64,000 bases of DNA from Iphione sp. A-MEVVRFRX5 (GCA_976226885.1 OZ320318.1:65782001-65846000), one strand, 5' to 3'; counted from the stretch's first letter, positions 1 to 12,689 are shown. Notes: generated by a model from the letters alone, not told the origin. Translations and numbers: made by a program.

Positions 1-3000
1 AGGGAATACTTACTACAGTTACATGTACTCAATCACTGAGGCATCGTCTGCAGAGAAGAGTCAATAGGGGTCTGTATACTATTATGTAGGCTAATGAAGA
101 ACATGCACGTTACATGAATGGTTGTCTAAAAGCTGCTTGTTGGAGTAAACAAACTGACTCATTACATACCCTAAACTGGTTCAAGAAGCAATTGCTTTAT
201 ACCAAAGTGAAACTAAGAGCCTCACCTAGATGGCTGTTACATTGAATTTCCTCCTTCAAAATGTTTTATACCCTAAATTTACAAACATGTGCAATCATGG
301 CTAGAGTAACAAGCATCCTCTATTATGAGGACCACATCAGATAAAATCTAAACTACGTGATAGCAGACTGAATGCATCAATGATTTTTCAATAATTCGAT
401 TTTGGACAAATTGTTGACACTGTCATAGGGTTTACGCTTATTAACTTTGTTGCTGCTGACATTAACAGACTCATACAATAATGCCACAGAGAGGTGGCTC
501 CCCCAAATGGTCACACCAATAATGTCTGATAAAGATTGTTCCTATGAGACTGCATCTCATTCATTAATATCTAAAACATGTTTATTACTACCTACACGGT
601 CTGCAGTACCTACATCTCGAATGCAGTGACATCCACAATAGTTACAACTTCTTGGGACACTTAATTCTGTGCAGCTTGTTTGTTGCTGTCCTCTCTGGGG
701 TGAGTGTATTACAAATTTAAGTTGCAACTCTGATTGGCGTGTTCCAACGGAGCTCATGATTGATGACCCTGAGTGATTGGTTCAGATTCTGTTCAAACCA
801 CCTTGGTTGTTTTGTCTTGACATACCAGGGTTGGATGCCAGTTCATTCAAGGTGTGGCTGATGTTTCTAAAGCTACTGTATGTTCCTGTGCTGCCGCTGT
901 CCAAAGGTACAGGTTGTCTTGTAGAATGGGACCTAAAGCCATGTGTTACACACGCACGCACACAAAGAAGACCTATCTCTCCCACCTACTTTTTCAGTGA
1001 AAAGAGAGTTCTTTTAGGTCTGTGTGTGACAAAAAGATATGCATAATCCCGCACATTTCATGACTTATTTGCTCTGTTGTGCATATTTTCGGGAGTCTTC
1101 TCTCTTGTGTATCATGAACAAAAACATAGTAGAAAGGCAATAGAAACCCTGTAGATTTCAACTCAGATACATCCATGGAAACACAGACGATACAGTGTTC
1201 CCTTGTTTCTCAGTGGAAACATGGCAGCCTAATAAGATTTTTCATGGTGTTTCACAGTACCATGGTAACACACACATAGATATTTGTTTAGCCTTAATAA
1301 CAAATGAAAGTGCGTCTGGCATGGAGAGATGCAGGTAGAGACCAAAACAAGAGAGACACCAGGAGGTATATAGAGGAAGAAAGGAGTAGCATATACATGT
1401 ACATTGTATACAATCATCGTCAAACAAAATCAAATGTATACTGATTTCTGTATGGCATGAGCCTTGTGTTATAATGGGATGATCAAATTGTATAAATAAA
1501 ACCTCGGTTACAGCTAAATTTTTGTCATGTATGGCTAACAGAGTATTTGTCTGATAAGAACCCAAATATACTTCATTTAACGAATTGGGTGCGTATCTGA
1601 CCCCCTTTACGACTACAGATACACTGATTAGGTTATTGATGACCAGATACATTGGTTAGGTTATTGATGACAAGATACATTGGTTAGGTTATGGATTACC
1701 CATGGCCTTCGCCTTCCACGCAAGCCACAAAGATCCCTTTTGTCCCCTTATCAAAACATCCACACGTCCATAATCGTCAGGAAAACCAATTCAAATTCTT
1801 ATTACCTTTACACATGGAGTTAATTGGTGTGTCGGTTTGTTAAGGCATCACGACCGTCATGGTCGCTAAGCCTTATTCGGCTGTGTTCTGTGCATTGGTC
1901 GTTCTCTCGTTCTGTTGCCGTAATATCCTGTTACAAATGGGCATCAAGGGAATGTCCTGATAGAACGTGTTGTATAGTCGCTGCCACCGTGATCGTTAGT
2001 TCATATTTACCAAGAGATAAAGGCAACCAACCGTCTGACTTCTCAAAGACATTGCCAGATGGAGATTAGACAACGGTAAACGTAACCTGCTACATTCGTT
2101 GGCTCAAGCAAACACTGCAAGATGAAGTTTTCTTAAGGAAGTTACAAATACGGATGACATAGAAGACAATGCAATATAGAGCATAGGAGAAAACAAATTT
2201 CAGAAAAATTATTCAATTGATTTCATTCGTGAAGAGAACACGGAAACATACGCTCATTAATATAAATTATACAATTTCCTTTGACAACATTTAAACTCCA
2301 GGGCTATTTTCACTCAAAATCAGGCTTTCAAGACATCTAATTGTTTTCACTGTATGAACTTTCCATATACACATATACATTTATACACAGCAATGTTTTA
2401 AATGATAGACTCCTGTTGGGAGGTCGGTCAGAATATTACTGTAGATCTGACCTCCATGTGCCCATGTTTTCATGACTGGCGCCATTAAAGCAGTTCTATG
2501 TGGCTGTTCACGGCCTTGTGTCCATGGGTGTTCATATTGTCCATGTTTTAGATGTGGGCATGTCCCAGGTTTTACAGTGCATGGACTTTGTTTAGCCATT
2601 ACCATCGGTTATTTCCCTTCATGTTAGGTGTGTGTATGTGACAAAAATACATACATTTCCACCCACATTTCCCATTAAATCTGCTCATTTTCATTCACGG
2701 ACGGCACAATTTACATGAAAATCAACACCCCACACCCTACCCCCCCCAGCAATATCTGAAGTTAAAGATGCACAAATATCTTGGGGGACATCAATTCTCT
2801 GGCTTTTCAACTTACTCTTGGTATGCTTTGTGCCCCTAACACTGTGCATATCCTTGGGGCCCAAGTACATGTGAATGCCCTCAAAGTCAGTCAGGCAGTA
2901 ATTGGCAGTGACTCCATAGATTACGTTTGATGACACATATCTCTCATAATTAACTAATTGCTAAGTAGGAAAAGCATACGATGCCCCTTTTGGGGCCACA

Positions 3001-3187
3001 AACTTCATATGAGACAGGTAAAGTAAAACAGCTCAATTTGCTCTCACAATTGTTTCAGCCACACCGATACACCCTAGAACAAGGTCTCTATAGTTCATTT
3101 CCTCATGAGACTTACTGTTTGCGAGATGTCTTTCAGGTCTGAGTCAGTGGGGGGTTTTCTTTTTCTCTTTCTCCTCCTTTGTCCTCA

Positions 3188-3579
3188 TCATAACAGGTAG
3201 GGGAACTGGGTCCCCTGCCATGAAGTTAGTCCCTGGTGTTGGCTGGGCTGATGGCTGGGTGCCTCCAGTTGTCCAACCCATTGGAAGCAACGGGCCCACT
3301 GGTATTTGTTGACCCAAGCCCATCTAGAGAGGGGGGTAGTAGACGATTCCTGCTGATGGGGGGCCCATGCCCCAGGCTGCCAGGACCCTGACTGTCCCAT
3401 GTGTGGTGCCCTGGTGTTGTTGGCTGGCCTGGCCCCATTGTCCATCGGCTGTCCCTGCTGCCGCACCTGCTCTGCCTCGCCGTCCTTCTTTGCCTGCTCA
3501 CAGCGGAGTTTCAATTCTGCCAGTTGGGCCTCCAGCTGACTTACTTGGCTGTTCCTTGACTGCTCTTTCTCTGAGGCAG
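3188..3579 (-). other. Coding-like antisense segment (coiled-coil then Q/W/G/P-rich) interrupted by the LINE; probably a decayed gene or TE exon
   Basis: Minus frame open for about 130 codons from the LINE junction: SEKEQSRNSQVSQLEAQLAELKLRCEQAKKDGEAEQVRQQ...PYLL*. The frame continues (GSSTTATTA) on the far side of the LINE at 5133+, but has stops further upstream. No family recognised. Confidence 0.3.
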
Positions 3580-4443
3580 GTAAATCATGGAGTGCCCCAG
3601 GGGTCCGTCTTCGGCCCCCTGGGGTTTCTACTGATAATCAACAGTCTGGCACTCTGTCTACCAGATGGGGTATCCTCAGTCCTTTATGCAGACGATGCAA
3701 CATTGATGGTTAGAGCAAGGGATTTACTACGGCTAAGAGCCGGAGCCATTTCCGCATTAAGGGCAGTTGAGAACTGGTGTCAATCTCTGGGTCTGATCAT
3801 AAGCGTAGAAAAGTGTGTGCAAATGCCTATGGGACGGGCACAGGGACTAGACTTAGATCTGGCCATAAATGGGGAGAAGTTAAAATCAACTACCTTGGTA
3901 AACTTGCTAGGCATTTGGGTTGATGCAAAGTTGAACATGAGGAAGGCAGTGAGGAAGCTTAACAGCAAAATGTGGATAGCAGCTATTAGAATCGCCAGAA
4001 CAAAGATCATCCTACCACTTAAGGTATGGGTAATGATGTTCAAAAGCTTAGTGTTGACACATCTTTATTACCAGGCGGGGTGCCTCTTTGGGATTAATCC
4101 ATCAGAAATTGTTAGGATCCAAGTGTGTCTCAACAAATGTGTCCGTGCAGCGCTTATGAGCAATCAACGTCAAAGCCCTACTGACTTTCAAAGAAGGAGT
4201 AACATTCCGAGGGTATCAGAAGTCATTGAAAGTAAGGGATTGCTACTAGTCCATCAATTAATGCATCTTGGGCTGATACCTGTGAAAGAAAAAAACCGCA
4301 CCAGAAAAGGTCTGGGCTGGAGTGGATCCCTTCCCAAACCTAGATCGTCATTGTTCGCGAGGTCACTCAGATACAAAGCGGTTAAGCTGTGGAACGAGTT
4401 ACCTGAACAATCAAGGGTTGAGTGGGTCTTAAAAAAAGGCTAG
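3580..4443 (+). CDS. LINE ORF2 C-terminal part (reverse transcriptase), 5'-truncated but uninterrupted
   Basis: GVPQGSVFGP, LYADD, GLIISVEKC, LLGIWVDAKL and the C-terminal SLRYKAVKLWNELP are typical CR1-group RT motifs. No internal stop or frameshift over about 287 codons. The ORF-track start at 3367 lies in unrelated flanking DNA. Confidence 0.85.
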   Translation, partial: VNHGVPQGSVFGPLGFLLIINSLALCLPDGVSSVLYADDATLMVRARDLLRLRAGAISALRAVENWCQSLGLIISVEKCVQMPMGRAQGLDLDLAINGEKLKSTTLVNLLGIWVDAKLNMRKAVRKLNSKMWIAAIRIARTKIILPLKVWVMMFKSLVLTHLYYQAGCLFGINPSEIVRIQVCLNKCVRAALMSNQRQSPTDFQRRSNIPRVSEVIESKGLLLVHQLMHLGLIPVKEKNRTRKGLGWSGSLPKPRSSLFARSLRYKAVKLWNELPEQSRVEWVLKKG

Positions 4444-5132
4444 TGACCCCAATTAAATGTTTGGAGGTTGCATGACTTGTAAGTGATGTCCGGGAGAATG
4501 GTATATGGAGCCCTGTGACAAATATGTGGGTGAATTAGGGAGGAACATGTTGTGCTGATGAGCGATTGAGCGAATTGGAGTTGATTACAAGAGTGGTAAG
4601 TTTGTGTATGTGGCTCACTTGTTGTCTGTGCTAGGCGAGGACCCTGTATATAACAGGAGTTACGGATGTGTCTAGTGTGCCTATATGGAAATGGTATGCA
4701 TGAGATTGTACTGTGTTTATTGGCTTGTCTGTAAGTAGAAAGCTCACTAGCTTAAATCGATGGTCGGAAGAACGGTAACTTCTATGTTGAACTTTACTTC
4801 ACGACCAGTGCATGAGAACGATGTCACTAGTAATTTCTGAGCATAGTACCAGAGATTAACTTGACTAAATTCCCTGTAAGTCAAACTCTAAATTTCTAAG
4901 TCGGAGCTATTTTTATATCTTATTGTCATCATTTATTTATATATTTTTAACATGGAAAGTGTGATACCATATGGTCAATAAGCAGACCAAAGTCAATAAG
5001 CAGACCAAAGCTCCACTCCTAAAGTCACTGAATGAATATTTTCAGAGAACCTGGTTTATTTGTGTCCGGCATGTTTCAGACGAAGAACTTTGTACTCCAA
5101 AGATTCCGAATAAAAAGTTATCTTATCTTATC
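3580..5132 (+). mobile_element. 5'-truncated non-LTR retrotransposon, CR1 group (L2/Crack/Daphne-like)
   Basis: RT C-terminal ORF begins abruptly at 3580. It is followed by a 3' UTR of about 690 bp, AATAAA at 5109-5114 and a (TTATC)3 tail ending at 5132. Candidate 3-bp TSD CAG at 3577-3579 and 5133-5135. Confidence 0.9.
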
Positions 5133-5661
5133 CAGTTGTTGCTGTTGTACTGCTGCCCAGAGTTGGGCAACATATTCCAGGCCTGTCTTTCCTGCCCCGT
5201 CCATTGTGGTGCTTCCCACGCTAACATGTTATGGGGAGTCCTGGGACAAGTCTGACCCTGACGAACTCTCTGATTTACCTTCCATCGTGCAATCGTCTGC
5301 CTTGTGTTTCCTCAGGCACACATGGCTATTTTTGCCATCTGTGGTAGATCTGCCTGGCCTATCTCAGAGAAGGCATTGCTCCAATTTTCCAAGACTTTTT
5401 GCAAGGGTGGACATACTCCCTGCCTGTCTGGTCAGCTCAGCTTGAACTGTTTAAATATGTTTGCATACCAGTTGCCTTGTAACCATCCCCCAGGCTTGCC
5501 TACAGGTGGCAGTAGTGTTCTAGCTTGGTTTCCCCCTGGTGATGGCAGTGGGAGTTATACCTGCATAATACCTATTATATACCTCATAATTTACATGAAA
5601 CTGGTTCATTTGTAGTACAAATTCACATTTACATAGACATTTACATACATGTATACATATA

Positions 5662-5984
5662 TAGAGCACTGGTTCACTGATTGAGAGCTCGCAGGTTCAA
5701 TCCCAGGCTTGGGACTCTTGATCACGACCAGACAGATTTACTGTAGCCCCAACCTAGAGTGGTCCTGAACTCATAAAAAGGCCATGGGTGTATAGGATTC
5801 TGTCCCCTATGGACAAAAAGACCCCAGAAACCTATTTAAAATAAGAGTAGGTTACTTTGGTCTCTCAATTCTCAACAATAGATGTTACTATGCTACCCCA
5901 GGAAGATAATGGAAGAGCCCTGTCATGTGATTGGGAATATCTAGTTCCTGAGTAAATATACAATGAAATGAAATGATATGAAAT
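5662..5984 (+). mobile_element. tRNA-derived SINE
   Basis: A-box-like TAGAGCACTGG near 5662, B box GGTTCAATCCC at 5694-5704, body of about 280 bp, and a (TGAAA)n-type tail at 5964-5984. Confidence 0.65.
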
Positions 5985-6984
5985 ATACACACATGCTCTG
6001 TATCATCAGAGAAACAAGGACCTAAATACGGTTACAAGGAGATACAGCTGTTCCTTACCTAATGTGTAAACAGCTCCAGGGGCAGGCGTGAAACACGTAT
6101 GACATAGAGGAAGACAAGTATCTGGAGATTAGGCCTATGTGTTGTAGAAATCGCAGAAAAGACACGTACTCACATTAGTAGGCACCCTGATGAATTCTTT
6201 TAATTATGTCACAGGATAAATGCCGATGTAGAGTAGTGGAATACTGACAGAAATTGTTCAGAGGAAGACAACAAATAAGTTTCTTGTCACAAGGTTTTTT
6301 CTCACAACAGGGTACAGTCCATGTGTTTGGTGTTCAATTAATGCAATTTTGGTGCATACGTGCGGGCAGTATCAAGCAAAAGTCTGTTGTTTTGTCACCT
6401 GTGGCCCAGACACTTCTGGAAGGGGTGATTCCATGGGTATGTGTGTTCTCTGACCCTTCTTTCTTCCCCTGTCTTTCCCTCTGTCCCGCTTTTGTGCAGA
6501 TCTTGTAGAAATCATGGAAATTCTTTGTAGATTATACATTTTTGTGCAGATTTCAAGGAAATAATGCCAAATCTGTGTGAATTATGTTTCTTGTGCAAAT
6601 TGCATAGGAAGCAACTGTACAAGAAGTACCAGAAAGAAAATTGGGATGTTTTTCTTTGAGTAGCGTGTTAACGCTAATGATGCAAATGTAGCTTGTTGAA
6701 ACTTCTTGGTGGTAATGAAAGTTGAGATCATGCCACAATATTAAGATTTAAACATTTATCCATCACCAATCTCATGTAAATAGACTCTTTCATCTGCATG
6801 TCTTGTTCGGAAGAGACCAGGCTGCAATATGTGGTTTCCTGTAAATAATTACCCAGAAAATTAAAGATTTATCAAAACAATTTGGGTGGTTTTACGAATC
6901 TTGCTATGTGAATTCCCAGTGAATTCACATAGTAAGGCATGTTGCTTCCAGATCCTTGACGAAAATGCACATTCATGACTGTGT

Positions 6985-7170
6985 AACAGGCAAAATGCAG
7001 ACAGGTGATCAATTCGCCTCATACCCTCTTACCATATATGGATGAATTTTCCGTATTATGAGTGTGATCAAGGGTATATCTTTCGTTCTGGGTTATGAGT
7101 CCGGAATACTTGAGTGTGCTCGAAACAAACATTGTCCGTAAATTCCATTTACACACGCCGTCTGTACTCC
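6985..7170 (+). pseudogene. Possible decayed Sushi/CCP-domain exon
   Basis: Fragments in Sushi order across frameshifts: TIYG, YYECDQGY, GYESGILEC, then (P)VCT. Needs about 3 frameshifts and contains stops. Confidence 0.3.
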
Positions 7171-7172
7171 CC

Positions 7173-7310
7173 AAGAGAGGAGAGAGAAATAGAGGGAGAA
7201 GAAGAAAGAGAGAGGGACAGGGACAGGAAGAGAGGGAAGGAGAGATAAAAAGAGGGTGTGAGGGAGGAAGAGAGAGAGAGAGAGGAAAGGAGAGGGGGAC
7301 AGCAGAGAGA
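7173..7310. repeat. GA-rich purine low-complexity tract
   Basis: Near-continuous AG/GA repeats. These explain the biased ORFs 7019-7339, 7093-7320 and 7095-7364. Confidence 0.9.
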
Positions 7311-8480
7311 AGAAAATCAACCATGAAAATCCTCATCAAGGACTTTCCGCGGAACAGGTCTTAAAAAACAACAAACTTCCACTGAGGCTTCCCGCATGTA
7401 AAAATCGTATTAATGAAATACCGACCTTGACGCCAGAACCAAACATGTCCGTGGTAATAATGAATAAAGAGTGGACATTCAATAACACAATTTCTTAAAT
7501 AAATACAGGATAAGCGATAAACATAAGCAGTCAACGCTCTCCGATTTTCCAATTATCTCAATTTACGAGGACATCAACACGCCATTTTACGATGCAAAAT
7601 GAAATGGCACAGACTATAGAGAAAGTATGCGATTGTACATTTCGAATTTTATTATATAAATGCGTTATGCTATATATGTGATTTTAAAAACAATCATATT
7701 GCAGAAAGAAAACGAATATATGTGTATAACACTTCACCCAAAATGCTATTTTGAGCGTTCTGTGAGTGCCTGAGGATGACCGGCATGGGAACACCGAGAA
7801 GTTCATAGCAGTAAGTTTAACAAATTGGAAGCCGATTTGTGAAGGGCATGCTACAAGTATTGACTGTATAAACCAATCCTTGAAGATCTTAACTATCCCG
7901 TGAATAAATTCCCCGCAAAGTCAATAAAGATTATTGGTTGCAGCTAACTTTCGTATTGACGGTTTCATCCTTCATCTTACTGCTTGCCCTGTGCGCCCTT
8001 GAATATTGTGTAGGCAAGTAATTAAAATATCCCATCTAAAGGTCATTCTCGTTAATGCCAGCGTCCTCCCTGGCAGGATAAAGCTTTCTTTACCTAGGTA
8101 CTTTAAATGGATTTTCCTCAGAATTACGGACTGAATAAACAGTTGACGTTAAATACTACATGCGGATGAGTAAATACAGGATGTACGCTAAACAAAAACG
8201 GTATTCATGAATCTATTATTCAGGATTATTCTTATGGTCAAACTGAGGGGATTTCAAAAAGGTCTCCATCTTGTGATGGCTTTTGTTTAAATTGTTAAAC
8301 TCAGTATTAATTTCATCTTACGTTGGCTGTGCGTATTAGCTTAATATGAAGGGGTATCAGTTTTCTTAACATGAAAGCAACACTGAAAACAATATCACCT
8401 TGATCAATGGCTAAAGTGAGGTTAAGTATCCTTGAAGCTTTAAGCTTTATTTTCTTCCGAAAAGGTAACAAATGGCTCCA

Positions 8481-8572
8481 CCTCTGACCTCACCCTGCCC
8501 TTCTCTTACGGTACCTTCGGTAATAGTCGAAGGTATGAGGGGAAAGGGCCACCCTATGGGATAAGGTCAAAG
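8481..8572 (+). other. Extended imperfect stem-loop
   Basis: Three nested stems: 8512-8519 with 8528-8535 (perfect 8 bp), 8496-8508 with 8536-8550 (two G:U pairs), and 8481-8490 with 8563-8572 (9 of 10). Confidence 0.5.
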
Positions 8573-9599
8573 GCCAAGGATATCACCTTAGAGCGGCACG
8601 ACTGATGGCCACTGCCAGGATGGGACGAGCCGTTAGGTGAAGGCAGGACCAGGCAGGGTCAGGCCAGTCCCTTCTGCTTGCGCAGTGTACTCCACCGTCG
8701 CTCTTCTCGCAACCTGTATGAGTGGCTACTGGAAGAGCCATATTGTGGACGATGACTACAGGTGTATTTTAAAGAATCCCAGCGGGAATTATATCAATCA
8801 TGCAGACGAGCACTGAGTTTTCTAGCGCCTATTTATTGGCGTCTACACTGACTAAACAGTTTATGCGGCTCATTCATAACTGCAATGCCTCTTGTTCCTA
8901 CAGTGGTTCATATATACAGGCTTGGTTCCAGTAAAAAGCGACAGCAGCATGAATAATATAGCCCTTGTTTTAAAACTGTTGACTACGAGCAGGTTACAAA
9001 AAAAGACAACAGCTCCCATTCCCCAACACCTAATATCTTTACCCGATAACCCAATTAGATAAGGCAGACTATGTGTAAAATGGATGTTTCGTTAGGAACT
9101 TTAAGAGTGTCTAGTATTCCTTTCAGTGTTTGTTTCCATTCCTCAAATCGAAGGTCTCACCAAGTATTATCGGTCCTTTCGGTCTAGAGAACAACGGCGA
9201 TCTACAGTAACCTTCAGAAGGTGTAATCTTTGAAACGTTTGGTATAAGTGATTTATCTTCTTGCCTCAGCCCTCCTATTCATGCCTATTTAGTTTACCTA
9301 CGCTTCAGAAATTTGCTGATCGAATAGCGTGCTTCGTACCTCCTTTCTTGAAAAAATCTGGCTCCATCAATAGTAAAAAAGGGGACAAGTAATTTTCTCT
9401 TTTATTTGAGTTGCATGCCAGTCTATATTCTCTTAAAAGTATCAGGTTTTACACAGTAAATATTTTACAGCAGTCCAGGCCCTTGTCAGATGCAATCAAA
9501 GGCATTGGCAAAAATCCTACTATCAATGCAGCCATCAAAATCAGTTTATGGAGAGACTACATTTTCCTCGCTTATTAATTAAGTAAGCATTTCTTCGAA

Positions 9600-11340
9600 T
9601 AACTTAATCAAGGGAAGGGGCAAAAAGATGTAGTTGTCGATACATGAACGTATGGGGACTGGCAGTTCCACAGTGAGCAGAGAAATTTGGAAATCAATTT
9701 GGTTGTCGGAAAGTAGAAAGTTCTGAACGGGTCAGACTCATTACTAGAAATCAATGATGTCTTGATGACGTCCGAAAAGTAAGAGAGGGAAACGTTGTTA
9801 AGACTACATAACTTAATGTTCTGCCAGAGGCTGGATGCGAATCGAATGGTCATGGCTCTGGCGACCTCGCTCAAAACAAAAGCCTCCTTAGATTTCTTAA
9901 TTCTCCTCCAGATCAATGATAACCTACGTAACCTCCATTAATTATCTATGACGCAATTGGATTCAGGGCTTTGCTGATACCGTGGGGGTTTCTAAAGGTT
10001 AACATCAATACAGTTGAAGGGTCGGTTCGCAGTGAACTGCAGTATTTGTGTTACATATTCATCCTACTTTCGAGTGGATTGCCTCTATCTAGATGCGGTT
10101 GATGAGGACAAGATGGTTGTCCTGATCAATACGTTATGCGTTGTATGTTACATAAGGGTCCTTTCTACAGTGATGATGCCTTCTGAACAAGTGGAAAATA
10201 TTATTTCCATGTCTCACTTGTCGACTTTTCGATTGCTTCGGCTAATACTTCTCTGACAAAGAGAATCCGAATTCATTGGAGCGGTGTCGATTATAATTCC
10301 ATGGATACTGTTTGCAGGAATAACAACAGGTGGATCGAAGAGGATAAACTAATGGAAACAATTCGGCCCCTGAACATCCAGCGAATTCAAGAACCGCTAG
10401 GGTCTTAATGAACGCATTGCTGGGGCAAAATAGTAAATGGAAGCCCATACTCGGGATTTCCACATAGAGGACTGAAGTTATCATTCGAGTGTCAAATTGG
10501 ACCCTGGGAGCGCCTTTCTTACCAAATCACACCCAACCACTTCTACAATGACACAAATATAGCCACGTAGGCCTCACTGTCCTCTTTCATGTTGGCCTAG
10601 CGCGTCTCTGATGTGACAGCTTGCAGGCACCTGTCTAACATGGGGTGGAAATAAAGTGACAGCTGTCAAGTTGAAATTCCTTTATCTCTTTCCGTTCCCT
10701 CGGGCGTTGTAGCTCTGCTTGTTTCTCCAATCCGGGGGCGCCTTCATTTCCAGCTGCTCAGCCTCTGGGATCTTTGATGAAGAATCTGCTCTGAGCTGCT
10801 CATTTGGAAGTCGTAAGAGCTTAGAAATTTGATGAAATTTAATCCCCCAAACTTGCCTCCACGAATCTTTGGGAAAGACCAAACTTTATCGAAAGTATAT
10901 TGTACCTGGAAATCTAGGTACCTTTATCACCGGGGCGCTTTCAATCATCAAAATGTTGCTAATAACAGATTGCTGGCAATAAGGGGATCGACATCAAAGA
11001 AAGGCTCTTGCAGGAAATAACTTGTTTTGTTCGGATGGACATTCTGAATGTCACTGATTGGCAGGCGGTAGCCACTCAAAATAGCTGGATACTGAACGGC
11101 TTTGTTGAACAAAAGAGATCACAAAAGAATGCGTACTAATCTCAAATATAATGATGAACCAACCACACTTCGCCAGGAAGGATGAATTGTTTACTGTGCG
11201 GGCCTGAAGGAACTCCTGCTTTAACTCTAAAGGAATATTTTTGGTCATTTCTGCAGACAGAGGCAGCACCTGTGGACAATTATACTTAACGCAGACAAAT
11301 TTTAAATCCCCTGGATGGCATTAATGTGAGAAGTGTGCTT
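9600..11340 (-). mobile_element. Highly decayed L1/Tx1-like LINE ORF2 remnant (post-RT region)
   Basis: Minus-strand fragments in the expected order: GFKI, VKAGV, SW...RILL*SLL, KFGGLNF..FLSSYDF (like the Tx1 GGLxFLLxCNY motif), and the C-terminal LISKFLCSLWNCQSP. Many stops and frameshifts. Confidence 0.4.
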
Positions 11341-12511
11341 CTTTAAGGATTTACAGATAAAATAGTAGTCAAGACGCAGGGACTTACAATCACCTCTTTA
11401 TAAAGCAGCCCATGCTCCATGTTAGTCACAACGAAGAGAGAGTCTCCCATTTACAACCTACCGCTCTCTGACAATTATACGACTAATAAATCCACGTGTT
11501 GCAATAGGCGTGCTGAAAATGCCTTCATGAGAACCATGAGAAAACCTCATTTTAATGCACCATGTGTGGTCATTGAGGTCGGCCCTTTATAGTTACACCG
11601 ATTGTTGACCGTAAAGTAGCCATCCCATGGCCCAACATTGCCACGAACACAGAGATTACCTGGGACAACATGAAATGCACATGAAAAAGGACAGCAGTGA
11701 ATGGTTCTCTGGTCGTATGCAGGGGCTATGACTTATAGGATTTTTATCTTAGAATCGAAAATAACTCTAGGTGGACATTATGGATCGACTTCGTAATGAT
11801 TGTATATTTAAGTGGCAAAAGATATATTACAATAGAACTTATAAGCTGTATACATGAAGTAAGGCATGGAGGGTGGGACTCCGCGCAGCTGACGTGAGCA
11901 AACTGATAGTGTTGACCCAGCGTTGTTGCATATAAAGCGATGGTGCTTAAGTCAATGAAGCGACCATTGCAAAGGTCTGGTATTAAATACCTCAGCCGTT
12001 AAACACCTTGGCTCAAAGGGGGCTTGGTTTACTACTGTAAACTAAAGCTCCAGGTTGGTATGATTGATTTACTTCACAGACAGCACAGAGGTTCTTTTTA
12101 AGTGATGTTTAAAAAACTGTTCAGTGATTTTGCCGGGTGCCGGGAGGATCGCATTTGGTCTATAACCAATTATAATGAGAGGAGTATGTGACGTGCAATC
12201 CAGATACAGTGTATAACTAAAATTTTGGAATATGCATATGGTTACCATGAAAAAAGCAGTCAGGTGCCGTATAAGGACCTCGAAAATTCACCTTTCCGGC
12301 CAATAAGCATAACTATATACATCTATGCTACCATTATTTATTGAGGAAATAATTTCAATTATTGCTGTGATGAAAAGGCAACATGAGAGTGTGCTGAAAA
12401 TGTTTTATCACGCTCCACTTAAACTGAAACTAATAAGGTAGAGTACCCTATTTCCTCCATCAGGAGGGACAGTGAAACACAAGTATTACATAATATTACA
12501 TATTTGCTATA

Positions 12512-12689
12512 CAGTCAAAACCCTATTTATGACCACACTGATTTGTGATCAAATCCTATTTCAGACCATTTTAGAAGGGAACAGAAGAATTGATTTCTAT
12601 ATTTAACACTTATCGATTTGCAACCAAATTCACCAATCCCACCACTTCAGCTGGGAACCAGGTGGTGGTCGCAAATAGGAGTTCGACTG
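12512..12689. mobile_element. Tc1/mariner (pogo/Tigger-type) MITE
   Basis: 25-bp TIRs, CAGTCAAAACCCTATTTATGACCAC versus reverse complement CAGTCGAACTCCTATTTGCGACCAC (20 of 25), flanked by TA at 12510-12511 and 12690-12691. Confidence 0.85.

Noticed and set aside
3367-3579. N-terminal part of the 358-aa ORF, read as part of the RT protein
   Set aside because: It is the antisense of the flanking target DNA. RT similarity begins only at 3580, at the candidate TSD.
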